64,000 nt of DNA from Candidatus Poribacteria bacterium. GTDB lineage: Bacteria; Poribacteria; WGA-4E; WGA-3G. This document shows positions 1-10,385 of the stretch, piece after piece. The position numbers were made by a program, and so were the translations under genes. Numbering within the stretch: the stretch's first letter is position 1; each line of letters opens with the position of its first letter. The notes under the pieces were generated by a model that was not told the origin of the DNA, ran no database searches, and was given only the letters and a program-made list of their open reading frames with translations. Location: the NCBI GenBank assembly GCA_965205015.1, contig OZ242029.1, positions 192,001 through 256,000 of the forward strand, in the 5' to 3' direction.

Positions 1-390
1 ATAATTTTCAAGGCAATCATGGATGAGACCGAAACGTTTGTCGATAAAGTCGCCATGATGATGAAAAGTGATGACGAGATGTATACCGGTCACGCGGGTT
101 GGAGATATGAAAAATATGCTCGGCCCAGTGAAGATGGCGAGTATATGCAGGTCAGAGGGTCCAACCTTGAAGATGCAGGTAACGGCTGTCACGGTTGCCA
201 CGCAAAAGCCACGAATGACAGTGTCTTCGTTTCACTCCCCATGGATAAAACGCCAGAGACGTCCGACGCTGATGCTGGTGATACCGGCGATGACGATGAC
301 GCTGATACTGGCGACGATACCGGCGATGACGATGCCGATGATACCGGCGACGATACCGACGCTGATGCTGGTGATAGCGATCCCCAGTAG
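1..390 (+). CDS. C-terminal part of a c-type cytochrome (cytochrome P460-like domain) with an acidic low-complexity tail; 5' end probably outside the window
   Basis: CxxCH motif (CHGCH) preceded by GWRYEKY and followed by NDSVF, as in the P460 family; D/G/T-rich tail. Confidence 0.6.
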   Translation: MIFKAIMDETETFVDKVAMMMKSDDEMYTGHAGWRYEKYARPSEDGEYMQVRGSNLEDAGNGCHGCHAKATNDSVFVSLPMDKTPETSDADAGDTGDDDDADTGDDTGDDDADDTGDDTDADAGDSDPQ

Positions 391-412
391 TCGGTCTCAC
401 AACACCTACGAG

Positions 413-457
413 AAGGGGATTGGTAACAACTTTCTATTGTTACCAGTCCCTTTTTTT
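413..457 (+). terminator. Intrinsic terminator, possibly bidirectional
   Basis: gggattggtaacaa...ttgttaccagtccc stem followed by T7, between convergent genes. Confidence 0.8.
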
Positions 458-465
458 ATTACACC

Positions 466-2226
466 TCAACTGATAAATGCTCCGCTTTGCGCTGGCAGTG
501 AAATGCTTAGGGAATCCTCTGAGACTGTCACTCGATTTCCATTGAGCAGGTCCTTCGCAGAAATTTGAAACGACGAAACCGGAACATCGATTGTCTGAGA
601 ACGCCGACTCCTATTCAATGCGATGAGGATAGAATTCGCTTTTGAAGTGCGGAGATACGCGTAAGTCCCCTTTTGAACGTTCAAATGAACAACTTGTCGC
701 GTACCAGAAGTAAGTCCCGAAAACTGATTCCGTAAGGTTCCCAAGCGTCGGAAATAGTCCAACAAGTCTTCGTCCGCTTTATCCCCCCACGGCATCGGTA
801 ATCGCGCTTCCTCGAAACGCCCAAGCGGATTTCTTTGTGAAACGCCAACCTCAGTTCCATTGTAAATCACAGGCGGCGCGGAGAGTGTGAACAGCACCAA
901 TGCCGCCAATTTGACTTTCGCCTTATCCGCTTTCGCTAAATAGAGAATGCGCGTCATATCGTGGTTATCCAGAAACGCTGGCAGTGAAAAGTTATCTGGA
1001 AAGTATGTCTCATGCGCTGCCAAAAACGCTTCAAATTCCAAGAGTGTCGAAGTTTCAAGGACAAAGGTTCTCCGGAGTGCATCCGCAAGCAGGAAATCGA
1101 GGCACCCATCAAAATGTGGGATATAGGACGCGATCACTTCCGAATGACTCACGACCTCCCCAAACAGAAAAGCGTCAGGCTTCACGGCTTTGCAGGCTCG
1201 GCGAAAATCTGCCCAGAACGTCCGTGGCGGACCTGGCGCATAGTCGAGCCGATACCCATCAACACCTTTCTGAAGCCAATGCTGTGCACACCGCAATAAA
1301 TAATCGCTCACCGGTGTGTGTTTTAAGTTCAACTGTGGCATTCCCTTCACAGTGAAGAAACTTGCGTATTCGTCGGGCCAGCGCTGCCATGTGTACCACG
1401 CTCGATACTCACTATCCGGGTCCCGCTGCGCTTCTTGAAACGTCGGATGGTGGTTCGACCAGTGGTTGGCAACAAAATCGAGGATAATCCGTATGCCACG
1501 CCGATGCGCTTTTTCGATGAATTCTACCAGTTCCGCATTTGTGCCGAACCGAGGCTCAACGGTGTAATAATCTGTCGCATCGTAGCCGTGGTGAGAGGGG
1601 CTTGCAAAGACGGGGGAAAGCCAGATTGCAGTGCATCCAAGCGATTGAATGTAGTCAAGCTTCTGAATTGCGCCACGGAGCGTTCCACCGAAAAACCCAG
1701 AGAGGTTTGTCGGTTTCTTCCACGGCACACCATCTCCCGGATAGAATCGATCAAGAAAAATGTGATAGATAACCGCATCGCGGACCCATTTCGGCACGTC
1801 GCAATCGTCAACACAAATAGCGAATTCCGTTGCTTCGGATAACACCCGCGCTTGGTTATCCGCAAAGATCCATCCATCTGATCCCACGACGCGTCCACCA
1901 ATCCTATAGCGGACGACTCTCCCATCCGGTTGTGGTGGAATTTGCCCATGCCAGTGGTGTAGATATCGCCACTCAAGTGCGTTCCATACCGACCCACTCG
2001 ACGTGAGTTCAAACGTGGATGCCTCACCATCTACGTCCACCCAACAGCGAACCGAATCGTAGGCGACACCACCAGACGTTGTCACGTAAATGTCAATCGG
2101 TTGATTCGGCTGCGGTCGCCATCGGTTCGTAAGCGGTGGATTTAATCGGTGAAGGTGCTTGATACCCGCTAAATTGCTACGGTATTCGGCAATACGGTTC
2201 TCGGAATCTCTTTGCGGACCAAACAT
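466..2226 (-). CDS. GH13 alpha-amylase family protein (neopullulanase/cyclomaltodextrinase-like)
   Basis: HGYDATDY, LDFVANH, DGYRLD, GEV and FLDNHD conserved GH13 regions. Confidence 0.9.
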   Translation of the reverse strand: MFGPQRDSENRIAEYRSNLAGIKHLHRLNPPLTNRWRPQPNQPIDIYVTTSGGVAYDSVRCWVDVDGEASTFELTSSGSVWNALEWRYLHHWHGQIPPQPDGRVVRYRIGGRVVGSDGWIFADNQARVLSEATEFAICVDDCDVPKWVRDAVIYHIFLDRFYPGDGVPWKKPTNLSGFFGGTLRGAIQKLDYIQSLGCTAIWLSPVFASPSHHGYDATDYYTVEPRFGTNAELVEFIEKAHRRGIRIILDFVANHWSNHHPTFQEAQRDPDSEYRAWYTWQRWPDEYASFFTVKGMPQLNLKHTPVSDYLLRCAQHWLQKGVDGYRLDYAPGPPRTFWADFRRACKAVKPDAFLFGEVVSHSEVIASYIPHFDGCLDFLLADALRRTFVLETSTLLEFEAFLAAHETYFPDNFSLPAFLDNHDMTRILYLAKADKAKVKLAALVLFTLSAPPVIYNGTEVGVSQRNPLGRFEEARLPMPWGDKADEDLLDYFRRLGTLRNQFSGLTSGTRQVVHLNVQKGTYAYLRTSKANSILIALNRSRRSQTIDVPVSSFQISAKDLLNGNRVTVSEDSLSISLPAQSGAFIS

Positions 2227-2246
2227 AATCTCCTCTCCTGAGAAAC

Positions 2247-2277
2247 AAAAAAGCCGTGTAGCAGGTACACGGCTTTT
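2247..2277 (-). terminator. Intrinsic terminator
   Basis: aaaagccgtgta-gcagg-tacacggctttt perfect hairpin downstream of the 2299-3225 gene. Confidence 0.75.
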
Positions 2278-2298
2278 CGATCTTAATTACAAATTTAC

Positions 2299-3225
2299 TT
2301 ACTTATCGCCCCAGGCGCGCCCACGTGGAATCAATAACAGCTGTCCCACACTCAGTTTGCTCCGATCGAAGATGTAATCGTCCTGGTTCGCGGCGACTAA
2401 CCGTTCCCACATCTCCGCATTATCGAAAATCTCAGGACGCGCAGCGATGCGTTTGAGTGCCGCCTCGCCGTTTTCTTCCTGAATATCCCCTTCCTGCACA
2501 TGGTATTTGTAAAGCACTTCAGGACTGGTGATGCTGAAACTGAAACTGTGTGAACTTTCGAGGGCATTGCCTGCCATATCCGTAGCACCGGAGACGGTGA
2601 CAGTATACATACGTCCTGCGCGCATCGGCATATCGGATGTAAACGTCACGGAATCACCACTCCCGCTCACTGTACCCGACAGCATTGCGTTCATCGGTTC
2701 ACTCATTGAATCTTCCGTTTTCGTAACTGCTACATCCACAGAAACACTGTTGCTATCAATCGGTTCGCTGAAGGAAACCGACACGCTATCCATCACATTC
2801 AGCGAATCCTCGTACTCAGAGAAAACCGTGCCATCTGCAGGTTCATTCAGTGTCACTGTCGGCGGAGTCGCGTCAGTGTAGGTAAATTTCTGTGAAAGTG
2901 TGACCGGTACTTCAGGTTTTCCTTTATTCGTAACGACGATGGACACAGATTCTCCTGCCATGCCACCGGGCGTCACTGCCGTGATTTGTGTTTCACTTGG
3001 GACGGTTACACTTTGCGCATTTTTCCCACCGAACGTCACGGTTACACCGTTTTTCATATCAAATTTTTCGCCAGTAATCTGGACAGTCGTCCCGCCGGTT
3101 TCGGGTCCCTGTGTCGGATTCATCCCGCTCGGTATCGGTTCTGGATTACAGCCAGCACATCCTGCCATCCAGGCGCAGACAATCGCCAAGACAGCCAGTA
3201 CGGCTATATGTCTGGGGTTTCTCAT
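2299..3225 (-). CDS. Lipoprotein with IPT/TIG, bacterial Ig-like (SbsA/Big_5) and LysM-like domains
   Basis: Signal peptide with AGC lipobox; GPETGGTTVQITG (IPT); V.FSEPID...YTVTVSG.TDMAGN (Big_5); YHVQEGD...LSVGQLLLIP (LysM). Confidence 0.8.
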   Translation of the reverse strand: MRNPRHIAVLAVLAIVCAWMAGCAGCNPEPIPSGMNPTQGPETGGTTVQITGEKFDMKNGVTVTFGGKNAQSVTVPSETQITAVTPGGMAGESVSIVVTNKGKPEVPVTLSQKFTYTDATPPTVTLNEPADGTVFSEYEDSLNVMDSVSVSFSEPIDSNSVSVDVAVTKTEDSMSEPMNAMLSGTVSGSGDSVTFTSDMPMRAGRMYTVTVSGATDMAGNALESSHSFSFSITSPEVLYKYHVQEGDIQEENGEAALKRIAARPEIFDNAEMWERLVAANQDDYIFDRSKLSVGQLLLIPRGRAWGDK

Positions 3226-3448
3226 TAATTCGGTCTCCTTGTGGTCAGAAAGGTCTCATTCGGGCTCGCGCCAAATTTTACTATTGAAAGTGGCACATCT
3301 TGCACGCCAAACTTTACTATTAAGAGAAGGATTTCGTGATTAGAGGGACACCTCTAAATTACACCTTAAGCTATTATACACGTAAATCGAAACGGTTGTC
3401 AACACTTTTTTCCGCAAACGACAAGCGAAAACCTGCGCTACCCATATT

Positions 3449-4297
3449 CTAACCGCGCCAAGTCGTCCGCTTGAGTGGATCGCTGACATTAACAGTTAAC
3501 GCTGGACCGAAACCTTCTACGGATAACTTTACTGTGTCTCCGTCTCCAATTGCGGTGAGTGCCTCATGGTGTGTCCCTGTTGACACAACATCTCCCGGTT
3601 CCAACGTTACCACACTGGTCACCTCTGCGAGCAATTCGGGGATAAAGCGTGCCATGGAATTTGTAGAGAAATCGTGCTGGAGACCGTCGTTAATCCAGAG
3701 TTGCACGCCGAGGGCATTCCCATCACCCACTTCGTCAGCCGTAACGATCGCTGGACCCATCGGTGCAAACGTATGCCAACTTTTTCCTAAGAAGAAACCA
3801 CCGGGCAACCCTCGCGCAGAAACATCAATAAATTGCGTGTAACCAAACACACAGTCTAACGCGTTATCTTCCGATAGATGCTTCGCCGTTTTACCGATCA
3901 CAATCGCTAATTCCGGTTCAAAGTGGAACACGGTTACATCAGCTTCTGGAAGTTCCACTGTCCCCTTCGTGGCAATAATGCCGGTCGGCGACTTCAGAAA
4001 GGCATTGAAATCCCCGCGCGACGGACTATCCGGTTCAATGTAATTGCCCGCCAAGCAGACGAGTTGTCCCGGGCGCGGGACGGGTGCTTTAAGGCTGATG
4101 CCGTCCAAAGCAGTGGCAGCACCGTTTTCAACTGCGTCCTCTATGGTCGGACGTAGATTATCAAAATCCTCAATTACCGTTCGTATGAGTTCTTGCGGTG
4201 TATGGTAGGAAACACCGCTGAGTGCCCCGCTGATGTCAACAATCCCGTCTGCTGTTATTACACCGAGCTGGTAATCATTAAAAAAGGCAAGTTTCAT
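3449..4297 (-). CDS. Fumarylacetoacetate hydrolase family protein
   Basis: HFEPELAIVIGK, GKSW.TFAPMGP and LEPGDVVSTGT motifs. Confidence 0.9.
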   Translation of the reverse strand: MKLAFFNDYQLGVITADGIVDISGALSGVSYHTPQELIRTVIEDFDNLRPTIEDAVENGAATALDGISLKAPVPRPGQLVCLAGNYIEPDSPSRGDFNAFLKSPTGIIATKGTVELPEADVTVFHFEPELAIVIGKTAKHLSEDNALDCVFGYTQFIDVSARGLPGGFFLGKSWHTFAPMGPAIVTADEVGDGNALGVQLWINDGLQHDFSTNSMARFIPELLAEVTSVVTLEPGDVVSTGTHHEALTAIGDGDTVKLSVEGFGPALTVNVSDPLKRTTWRG

Positions 4298-5412
4298 TTT
4301 TTCTCCTCAAGACATTTCGCAAGCGGATGACTCCGCTCCTCTAACGGCAGTTGCACCTTTGTTCCACTGAAATGGGAGACGTAGGTTGCGCTGACGCATT
4401 CAAGAGATGTAAGCGCGTTGCGTCCACCGAGTTCTGGTTGGTTTTCGTTAAGAATTGCGTCCCGTATATTTTTCGCGCTCCAGATGGTGTGGCGCGACTG
4501 CCACGGTCTTCCAGAGATAAGAAACGCTGATGCGTCAAGCGCTATCTGCTCCCATGCGGGTGTATGCGCTGCAAAAGAGACATCAAAGGGACAGTACCAC
4601 ATTTCATCTATACCGGTGTCTGGGTGCGGTTTTACCATCAATTGCCCCTCTGAACCGAGCAGGTGGGGTCCCATCATCCACCCGTGTCTCGGTTCGCGGC
4701 AATAGAGTTCCATGATGCCGTAGGCACTGTTTCCACCGCCGATATGTACGAGCATCGTGTCTCCCGCGACGATGCCATTGTCGCGGCGGTCGGTTTTGCA
4801 CAACTCACTGCTGTGCATAATGTCCGCTTCCGTCACATCATGTCCCTGATATGTGATATGCGCCTGAATCCAAGAGATGCCATCTAAGAAGAAATCCATC
4901 TCGTCAAAATAGTGCACCCCCATCTCCATCAACTCGAACCCCGCTTCACGTCCTTTGCCGACTTCACGAATCGAACGGAGTTCACCGATTTTTCCGGCAT
5001 CAATTAAGGATTTCGCGTGCCGAAAAAGCGGCGTAAATCGGAATTGGTGGCTGACCGCCAAGTGTACACCCGCCTCACGACATGCTGTAACCATTTGATC
5101 CGCCATTTCTAAATCGACGGACAACGGTTTTTCACATAAAACGTGGATGCCCTCTTTTGCGGCGGCAATCGCAATCGGCGCGTGTAACGGCGCGTGTGTA
5201 CACACACTTACGATATCGAGTCCCTCGCGTGCGAACATCTCTTCGTAATCAGTATATCGATTTGAAACACCGTATTCGTCGGCACGGCTGTTGAGCGCAT
5301 CTCGGTTTATATCACACATCGCGACGAGATCAATGCCTTCCAAGTTGGCGTGCGCGCCCGCGTGACTCCGGCTAATCCCGCCACAACCGACAATCCCTGC
5401 CCGTAATGTCAT
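4294..5412 (-). CDS. Gfo/Idh/MocA family oxidoreductase
   Basis: GIVGCGGI Rossmann motif, HVLCEKP. Confidence 0.9.
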   Translation of the reverse strand: MTLRAGIVGCGGISRSHAGAHANLEGIDLVAMCDINRDALNSRADEYGVSNRYTDYEEMFAREGLDIVSVCTHAPLHAPIAIAAAKEGIHVLCEKPLSVDLEMADQMVTACREAGVHLAVSHQFRFTPLFRHAKSLIDAGKIGELRSIREVGKGREAGFELMEMGVHYFDEMDFFLDGISWIQAHITYQGHDVTEADIMHSSELCKTDRRDNGIVAGDTMLVHIGGGNSAYGIMELYCREPRHGWMMGPHLLGSEGQLMVKPHPDTGIDEMWYCPFDVSFAAHTPAWEQIALDASAFLISGRPWQSRHTIWSAKNIRDAILNENQPELGGRNALTSLECVSATYVSHFSGTKVQLPLEERSHPLAKCLEEKK

Positions 5413-5629
5413 GAGCCATCTCCTGAATCCAGTTTAGATTGGTGATTTAGGGTATATATAGTTTTCGGATCTCGCGCTAAGATGTATTATACGCTGATGC
5501 CAAAAGAGTGCAAGTCAAAAATATCTTTTTAATTTTTCTTGCGGTTCGGTTAGACAGATCTGTGTCTGAGTGTACCTTTACGTATATCCGCTTTCTATTT
5601 CGTTCCAAGCTACGCGCCTGGGGCTAATT

Positions 5630-6640
5630 TTAAGAACCGCTCATCTCCAGTAACGCTCGCCACTGTGCTTCGTCCACGAGTACCCCCTTTTCAAGGCTCT
5701 CCTGTCGCGTCCGTAACATGCCTTCCCCAGGATACCTCACACGCTCGTTTTTATTTAAGGGTTCCGACGCGCGGAAGTCGTCAATAATCGCTGCGACCGT
5801 TTCATTCAACATCGCCTGTCCCATCATTCCTGTGGCGTTAATAGCGATATACACCTGAGAGACAGCGTATTCCGAACCCTGCTTTCCTATTTCGTGTGTC
5901 GCTTGACCACCCGAAATAACGGATGCCATTGTGTCAAGCACCAGTGCCAAGCCTGACCCTTTCCAGTAACCGATGGGAAGTGCTCTCGCGGAATCAAGAA
6001 TCTCTCCCGGTTCGATCGTCAACGCTCCTTTAGTGTCGTATCCACCCGGTAACGGTAATTGTTTCCCTTGTAGTTGCAGCACCTCCAATTTCCCGTTTGA
6101 ATACTGACTCATCGCCATATCCAGCAGAATGTGTCCGCCTGCCCTCGGAATGCCAATCGCCATCGGATTGTTCCCTATCTTTTTTTCCGCTGAACCCCAC
6201 GGCGGCATGAGTCGGGTTGTATTCGTCCAACATATCCCGATATATCCAGCTTCCGCGGCTTGGAGGGCATAGGCACCGCCACGCATCCAGTGATTGGTAT
6301 TTGAAAGTCCAACACACCCTATGCCATGGGTATCGGCGAGTTCTGTTGCCCGTTGCATACAGAAGTGAGCGTTGACGAGTCCCACCCCCATCTTGCCATC
6401 CCATCGTTCTAAGGCACCGAAACCTTCAACTTTTTCTGGCTGTGCACGGAAATTGATCTGTTTGTTCTCCAGCCCAGCCACGAATCCGGGGAAGCGATTG
6501 AGTCCGTGTGAGTACACGCCATCACGCTGATTCTCCGCGAACAATCTCGCACACAGCATCCCTCGCTCGCCGTCAAACCCAATTGCTGCGAGTACACGAT
6601 AAAATTCATCACATAAAGTTTGGAAAGGTACACGTTCCAT
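5630..6640 (-). CDS. yiaK: 3-dehydro-L-gulonate 2-dehydrogenase (2,3-diketo-L-gulonate reductase)
   Basis: DGVYSHGLNRFP, NTNHWMRGG, GNNP, DMAMSQYS and LPIGYWKGSGL motifs. Confidence 0.85.
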   Translation of the reverse strand: MERVPFQTLCDEFYRVLAAIGFDGERGMLCARLFAENQRDGVYSHGLNRFPGFVAGLENKQINFRAQPEKVEGFGALERWDGKMGVGLVNAHFCMQRATELADTHGIGCVGLSNTNHWMRGGAYALQAAEAGYIGICWTNTTRLMPPWGSAEKKIGNNPMAIGIPRAGGHILLDMAMSQYSNGKLEVLQLQGKQLPLPGGYDTKGALTIEPGEILDSARALPIGYWKGSGLALVLDTMASVISGGQATHEIGKQGSEYAVSQVYIAINATGMMGQAMLNETVAAIIDDFRASEPLNKNERVRYPGEGMLRTRQESLEKGVLVDEAQWRALLEMSGS

Positions 6641-6701
6641 ACAATTTCGTCCTCATTGATTTATTGAACACCATTATGCCTGAGGTCTAAGAAAAAAGCA
6701 A

Positions 6702-6798
6702 GTCTGAACTATGATTATTATGATTGAGTGATTGACTATGACTATCGGAGGTTTTATCATCACGATGATCACATAAATCAAAAAAAATCCTGATCAGA
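6702..6798. repeat. Nonamer-based (GATT/AATC) palindromic intergenic repeat; related copies at 23368-23463 and 62510-62640
   Basis: gtctgaactatgat is shared with 23368; GATT units are followed by complementary AATC units ending in tcaga. Confidence 0.65.
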
Positions 6799-6904
6799 TT
6801 TGATCTTGCCTGAAAGCGTTTTACAATGTATCATAGATACCCACAGTCGCGATTTTTAAAGCATCCCATATCTTCTCTCAACGTCCTACAAAAAGGAGAA
6901 AGAA

Positions 6905-9265
6905 GTGGTATCCTCAAATAGTTTGTTCACAGCTTTCAACTGTATACTTACTGGATGGCTTCTACTTGCTTTTGGAAACGCTTTGGCAGATCCCGAGGAA
7001 GAACCGCTGAAGATGAAACCGATCGAGGTGATCGGCGTGACACCGCTCCACGGTGTAGGGCTTCCGAAAAATAAGGTGCCTGCCAATATCCAAACGGCGA
7101 CTCACACCGAAATTGATGCCGCTCAGAGCTTAAACCTCACCGAGTTCATTAACCTTAATCTCGGTAGCGTTCATGTCAACGAGGCGCAAAACAATCCTTT
7201 CCAACCCGATATTCGCTTTCGAGGGTTCACGGCTTCCCCGTTACTCGGACTGCCTCAGGGATTAGCCACCTATCAGGACGGCATCCGTATTAACGAACTG
7301 TTTGGGGACACAGTGAACTGGGATGTCATTCCGCAATCCGCAATTGCCAGCATCAACCTGATGCCCGGCTCGAATCCGCTTTTCGGCTTGAATACGCTCG
7401 GGGGTGCCCTCTCACTGAAGACCAAGACAGGCTTTACACACCCCGGTCACGACCTAAAACTCTACGGTGGTTCCTTCGTCCGCAGAGCGATTGCGTTTTC
7501 CAGCGGAGGGCACAATCAGAGATTGAGTTATTTCCTCAGCGGCACTCTCTTTACGGAAGACGGTTGGCGCGATTTTTCGCCTTCCGATGTCAGGCAGCTG
7601 TTTGGCAACGTCGGTTGGGAACAAGACGCTACCACATTGAACCTAAGCCTGACTTTGGCAGATAATGAACTCTTGGGCAACGGCGCGCTACCGATTCAAC
7701 TCCTTGAGACAGAACGGAGCGCAGTGTTCACACACCCCGACAGGACCGAGAACAACATGCTCCTTGCCAACTTGCGCAGCAGCCATGCTTTATCTGATAA
7801 CGCGATGTTGGCGAGTACAGTCTACTATCGACGCAACAATATTGAAACATTCAATGGAGACGATACCGACTTCGAACCGTGTGAAGATCCTGAAAACGCA
7901 GGTTTCCTCTGCGTTGAGGAAGGCTCAGAAGAGAAACGGGTGAGGGACCAGTTTGGAAATGATGTCCGTCTCACTGAGAATAGTTATGACAACGATGAGG
8001 AAGCGAACGAAACCGATGACGACGATGAAGGAGAATTTAACGCCACAAATAATACGAGCCAAACACGCCAAGGCGGCTACGGGGCAACTCTACAGGCAAC
8101 CTTCACCAATCCCCTCATCAACCGTGAAAATCAGTTGATCGTCGGGGCAAGTTTAGACCGTGGTGGCGCGTTGTTTAACGCTGAGACGGAACTGGCGGGT
8201 CTAACACCCGATCGCGGCACAATCGGCAGCGGCATTTTTGATGGAGAATCCTTCGTGGATGTTGAGGCTGCGGTTCAGAATATAGGCATCTATGCGACAA
8301 ACACCTTTGCCATCACGCCGCAGTTGGGCCTCACGTTGTCAGGACGCTACAACAGAACTGAGATTGCATTACGCGACCAAATTGGTGTAGAACTCAATGG
8401 GGATCATACCTTTAACCGGTTTAACCCGGCAGCAGGCTTGACCTATCAGGTCTACACGGGACTTTCACTCTATGGCAATTATAGTGAGTCTTCACGGGTA
8501 CCAACGCCTGTGGAATTGACGTGCGCCGATCCTGAAGCACCCTGCAAATTACCGAATGCATTCGTCGCCGATCCGCCATTGGATCAAGTCGTAACAAAGA
8601 CCTTCGAGATGGGATTGCGGGGTGAGTTAAGTGACATCAGCTGGAATGCTGACCTCTTTCAAGGAACGAGTTTTGACGACCTCATCTTCGTTAGCAGTGG
8701 TGCACTCACCAATGAAGGCTACTTTCAGAACGTCGCTCAGACGCTCCGCCAAGGCGTTGAACTCAGCATCGGTGGAACGCTCTTTAACCGACTGCACGGG
8801 CTGCTCAATTATACCTTCATTTCAGCGACTTTCGAGACCGATCTAACAGTTAGCAGTCCAAACCATCCAGAAGCGAAGGGGGGAGAGATTGACGTGGAGG
8901 AAGGCGACCGCATTCCCGGTGTCCCACACCATACTCTCAAAGCAGACTTCACGTATGTCGTAACCGACGCCCTGTCCTTGGGAACGAATATCCTCATCAA
9001 TTCCAGCCAAGTCTTCCGAGGAGACGAGGGTAATTTGATTGACCAGATCCCAGGCTACAGTATCGTTAACTTACGCGCCAGATATACAGTATGGACGCAT
9101 TTCTCTATCTTTGCTAAGGTAAACAACCTTTTCAATGAAACGTATGAAACCTTTGGACTGTTTGGGGAAGCGGACGAAGTGTTAGGAGATGATTTCGAGG
9201 ACTCACGTTTCCTTTCTCCGGGCGCCCCCCGTGCCGCATGGATCGGACTCGAAGCAAACTTTTAA
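6905..9265 (+). CDS. TonB-dependent receptor
   Basis: Signal peptide, plug (FRGF...YQDGIRIN...LGGAL), beta-barrel with NNLFNETY and C-terminal Phe. Confidence 0.92.
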   Translation: MVSSNSLFTAFNCILTGWLLLAFGNALADPEEEPLKMKPIEVIGVTPLHGVGLPKNKVPANIQTATHTEIDAAQSLNLTEFINLNLGSVHVNEAQNNPFQPDIRFRGFTASPLLGLPQGLATYQDGIRINELFGDTVNWDVIPQSAIASINLMPGSNPLFGLNTLGGALSLKTKTGFTHPGHDLKLYGGSFVRRAIAFSSGGHNQRLSYFLSGTLFTEDGWRDFSPSDVRQLFGNVGWEQDATTLNLSLTLADNELLGNGALPIQLLETERSAVFTHPDRTENNMLLANLRSSHALSDNAMLASTVYYRRNNIETFNGDDTDFEPCEDPENAGFLCVEEGSEEKRVRDQFGNDVRLTENSYDNDEEANETDDDDEGEFNATNNTSQTRQGGYGATLQATFTNPLINRENQLIVGASLDRGGALFNAETELAGLTPDRGTIGSGIFDGESFVDVEAAVQNIGIYATNTFAITPQLGLTLSGRYNRTEIALRDQIGVELNGDHTFNRFNPAAGLTYQVYTGLSLYGNYSESSRVPTPVELTCADPEAPCKLPNAFVADPPLDQVVTKTFEMGLRGELSDISWNADLFQGTSFDDLIFVSSGALTNEGYFQNVAQTLRQGVELSIGGTLFNRLHGLLNYTFISATFETDLTVSSPNHPEAKGGEIDVEEGDRIPGVPHHTLKADFTYVVTDALSLGTNILINSSQVFRGDEGNLIDQIPGYSIVNLRARYTVWTHFSIFAKVNNLFNETYETFGLFGEADEVLGDDFEDSRFLSPGAPRAAWIGLEANF

Positions 9266-9290
9266 ACTTCGGGCACCTCGCGCCTGATCC

Positions 9291-10148
9291 TTACCACATC
9301 TCAAGCCATTTTGTAACAGGGGTTACAGGTTGCGTCTCGCTACGGATAACCCACTTGAAATCGGGATCCTGCCAATAAATTGTGCCCGGATGATCCCCAT
9401 CACGAAGATAACGGATGTCAATCGCCCAGCGGATGATCTCATTGGTGGTATGCGGTAAGGAGCGGTGGAGCGTCAGATTGTGGAAGACTAAGGCGTCCCC
9501 TAATTCCATCGGACACGTCACGACCCGAGAATCCTCAATAAGTTCGTCTATCACCTCAAGAAACTTCCCCTCCCGTTCCTCCGTGTGATGATTCACCACG
9601 CCCAACCGATGTGAGCCTGCAACCACTTGTAAACAGCCGTTGGTCTCATCTACCGGCACCAGCGGTATCCAGGCAGTCGGGATGAGCGAAGTTTCACTCA
9701 CCGTACCGAAATAACCGCTGTCCTGATGCCACGGGACAACAGTCAATTGCTGACCCGGCAGTTTCGGACGCGCATTGAAAACGGGGTGTCCGATGACATC
9801 TGTGCCCGTGAGTTGACCGATCACATCCACGAGGCGCGGGGCATGGTGCAGCTCGAAGACCTCAGGTGTCGCAACTTGGTTGCGCCAAGAACGACCAAAT
9901 CGGTTGGCATGTTCACCCGCGACTTGTGCGAATCGCGTCTCAAACGGGAGTTCCACCCCTTCATCTTCGATAATCCCATCCACTTTCAACTCGCGAATGA
10001 TGCCGTCTACCACGCGAGCGAAACTCTCACACACGCCATTGATGGCAGACTCCGGGACAACGCCTTTTAAGAGCAAATATCCATCGTTTGCCCACTGATC
10101 CATCTGTTCAGGTGATAACGGAGTCGCTTGTTTCTGATCTGTTTTCAT
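9291..10148 (-). CDS. Phytanoyl-CoA dioxygenase (PhyH) family protein
   Basis: WHQD, NGCL, GSH, H-R-S and R.AIDIRY motifs. Confidence 0.9.
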   Translation of the reverse strand: MKTDQKQATPLSPEQMDQWANDGYLLLKGVVPESAINGVCESFARVVDGIIRELKVDGIIEDEGVELPFETRFAQVAGEHANRFGRSWRNQVATPEVFELHHAPRLVDVIGQLTGTDVIGHPVFNARPKLPGQQLTVVPWHQDSGYFGTVSETSLIPTAWIPLVPVDETNGCLQVVAGSHRLGVVNHHTEEREGKFLEVIDELIEDSRVVTCPMELGDALVFHNLTLHRSLPHTTNEIIRWAIDIRYLRDGDHPGTIYWQDPDFKWVIRSETQPVTPVTKWLEMW

Positions 10149-10296
10149 TTTCTACTCGATTCCAAAGTTTAAACAATTTTGAGAATTAAGATGACATAGA
10201 GAAAAAAAAGATTGTGGGAATCATAACATACCTGACGAAAAAAGTCAAAAAAACGGAACGAGAGTAGGTTGGCTGAACATTTGAAACCCAACAAGT

Positions 10297-10330
10297 AACT
10301 GACAACTGACAACCGATCGCCGATAACGAA
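10297..10330. repeat. Heptamer tandem repeat (CTGA(T/C)AA / CCGATAA type); related tracts at 20750-20780, 29779-29868 and 44165-44185
   Basis: aactgac aactgac aaccgat cgccgat aacg; the same unit recurs in other intergenic spaces. Confidence 0.7.
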
Positions 10331-10334
10331 AAAA

Positions 10335-10363
10335 TTGACATTTCGATCCGAAAATGCTATCCT
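10335..10363 (+). promoter_or_regulatory. Sigma70-type promoter
   Basis: TTGACA-17 nt-TATCCT, upstream of AAAGGAGG RBS and ATG at 10386. Confidence 0.65.
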
Positions 10364-10385
10364 ACACATCAAAGGAGGACGCAGA

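Noticed and set aside
152-400. Arg/His-rich ORF on the minus strand
   Set aside because: Antisense shadow of the Asp-rich repeat tail
3291-3304. Sigma54-like TGGCAC...TTGCA
   Set aside because: The spacer is 3 nt rather than 5, and it points away from the adjacent gene
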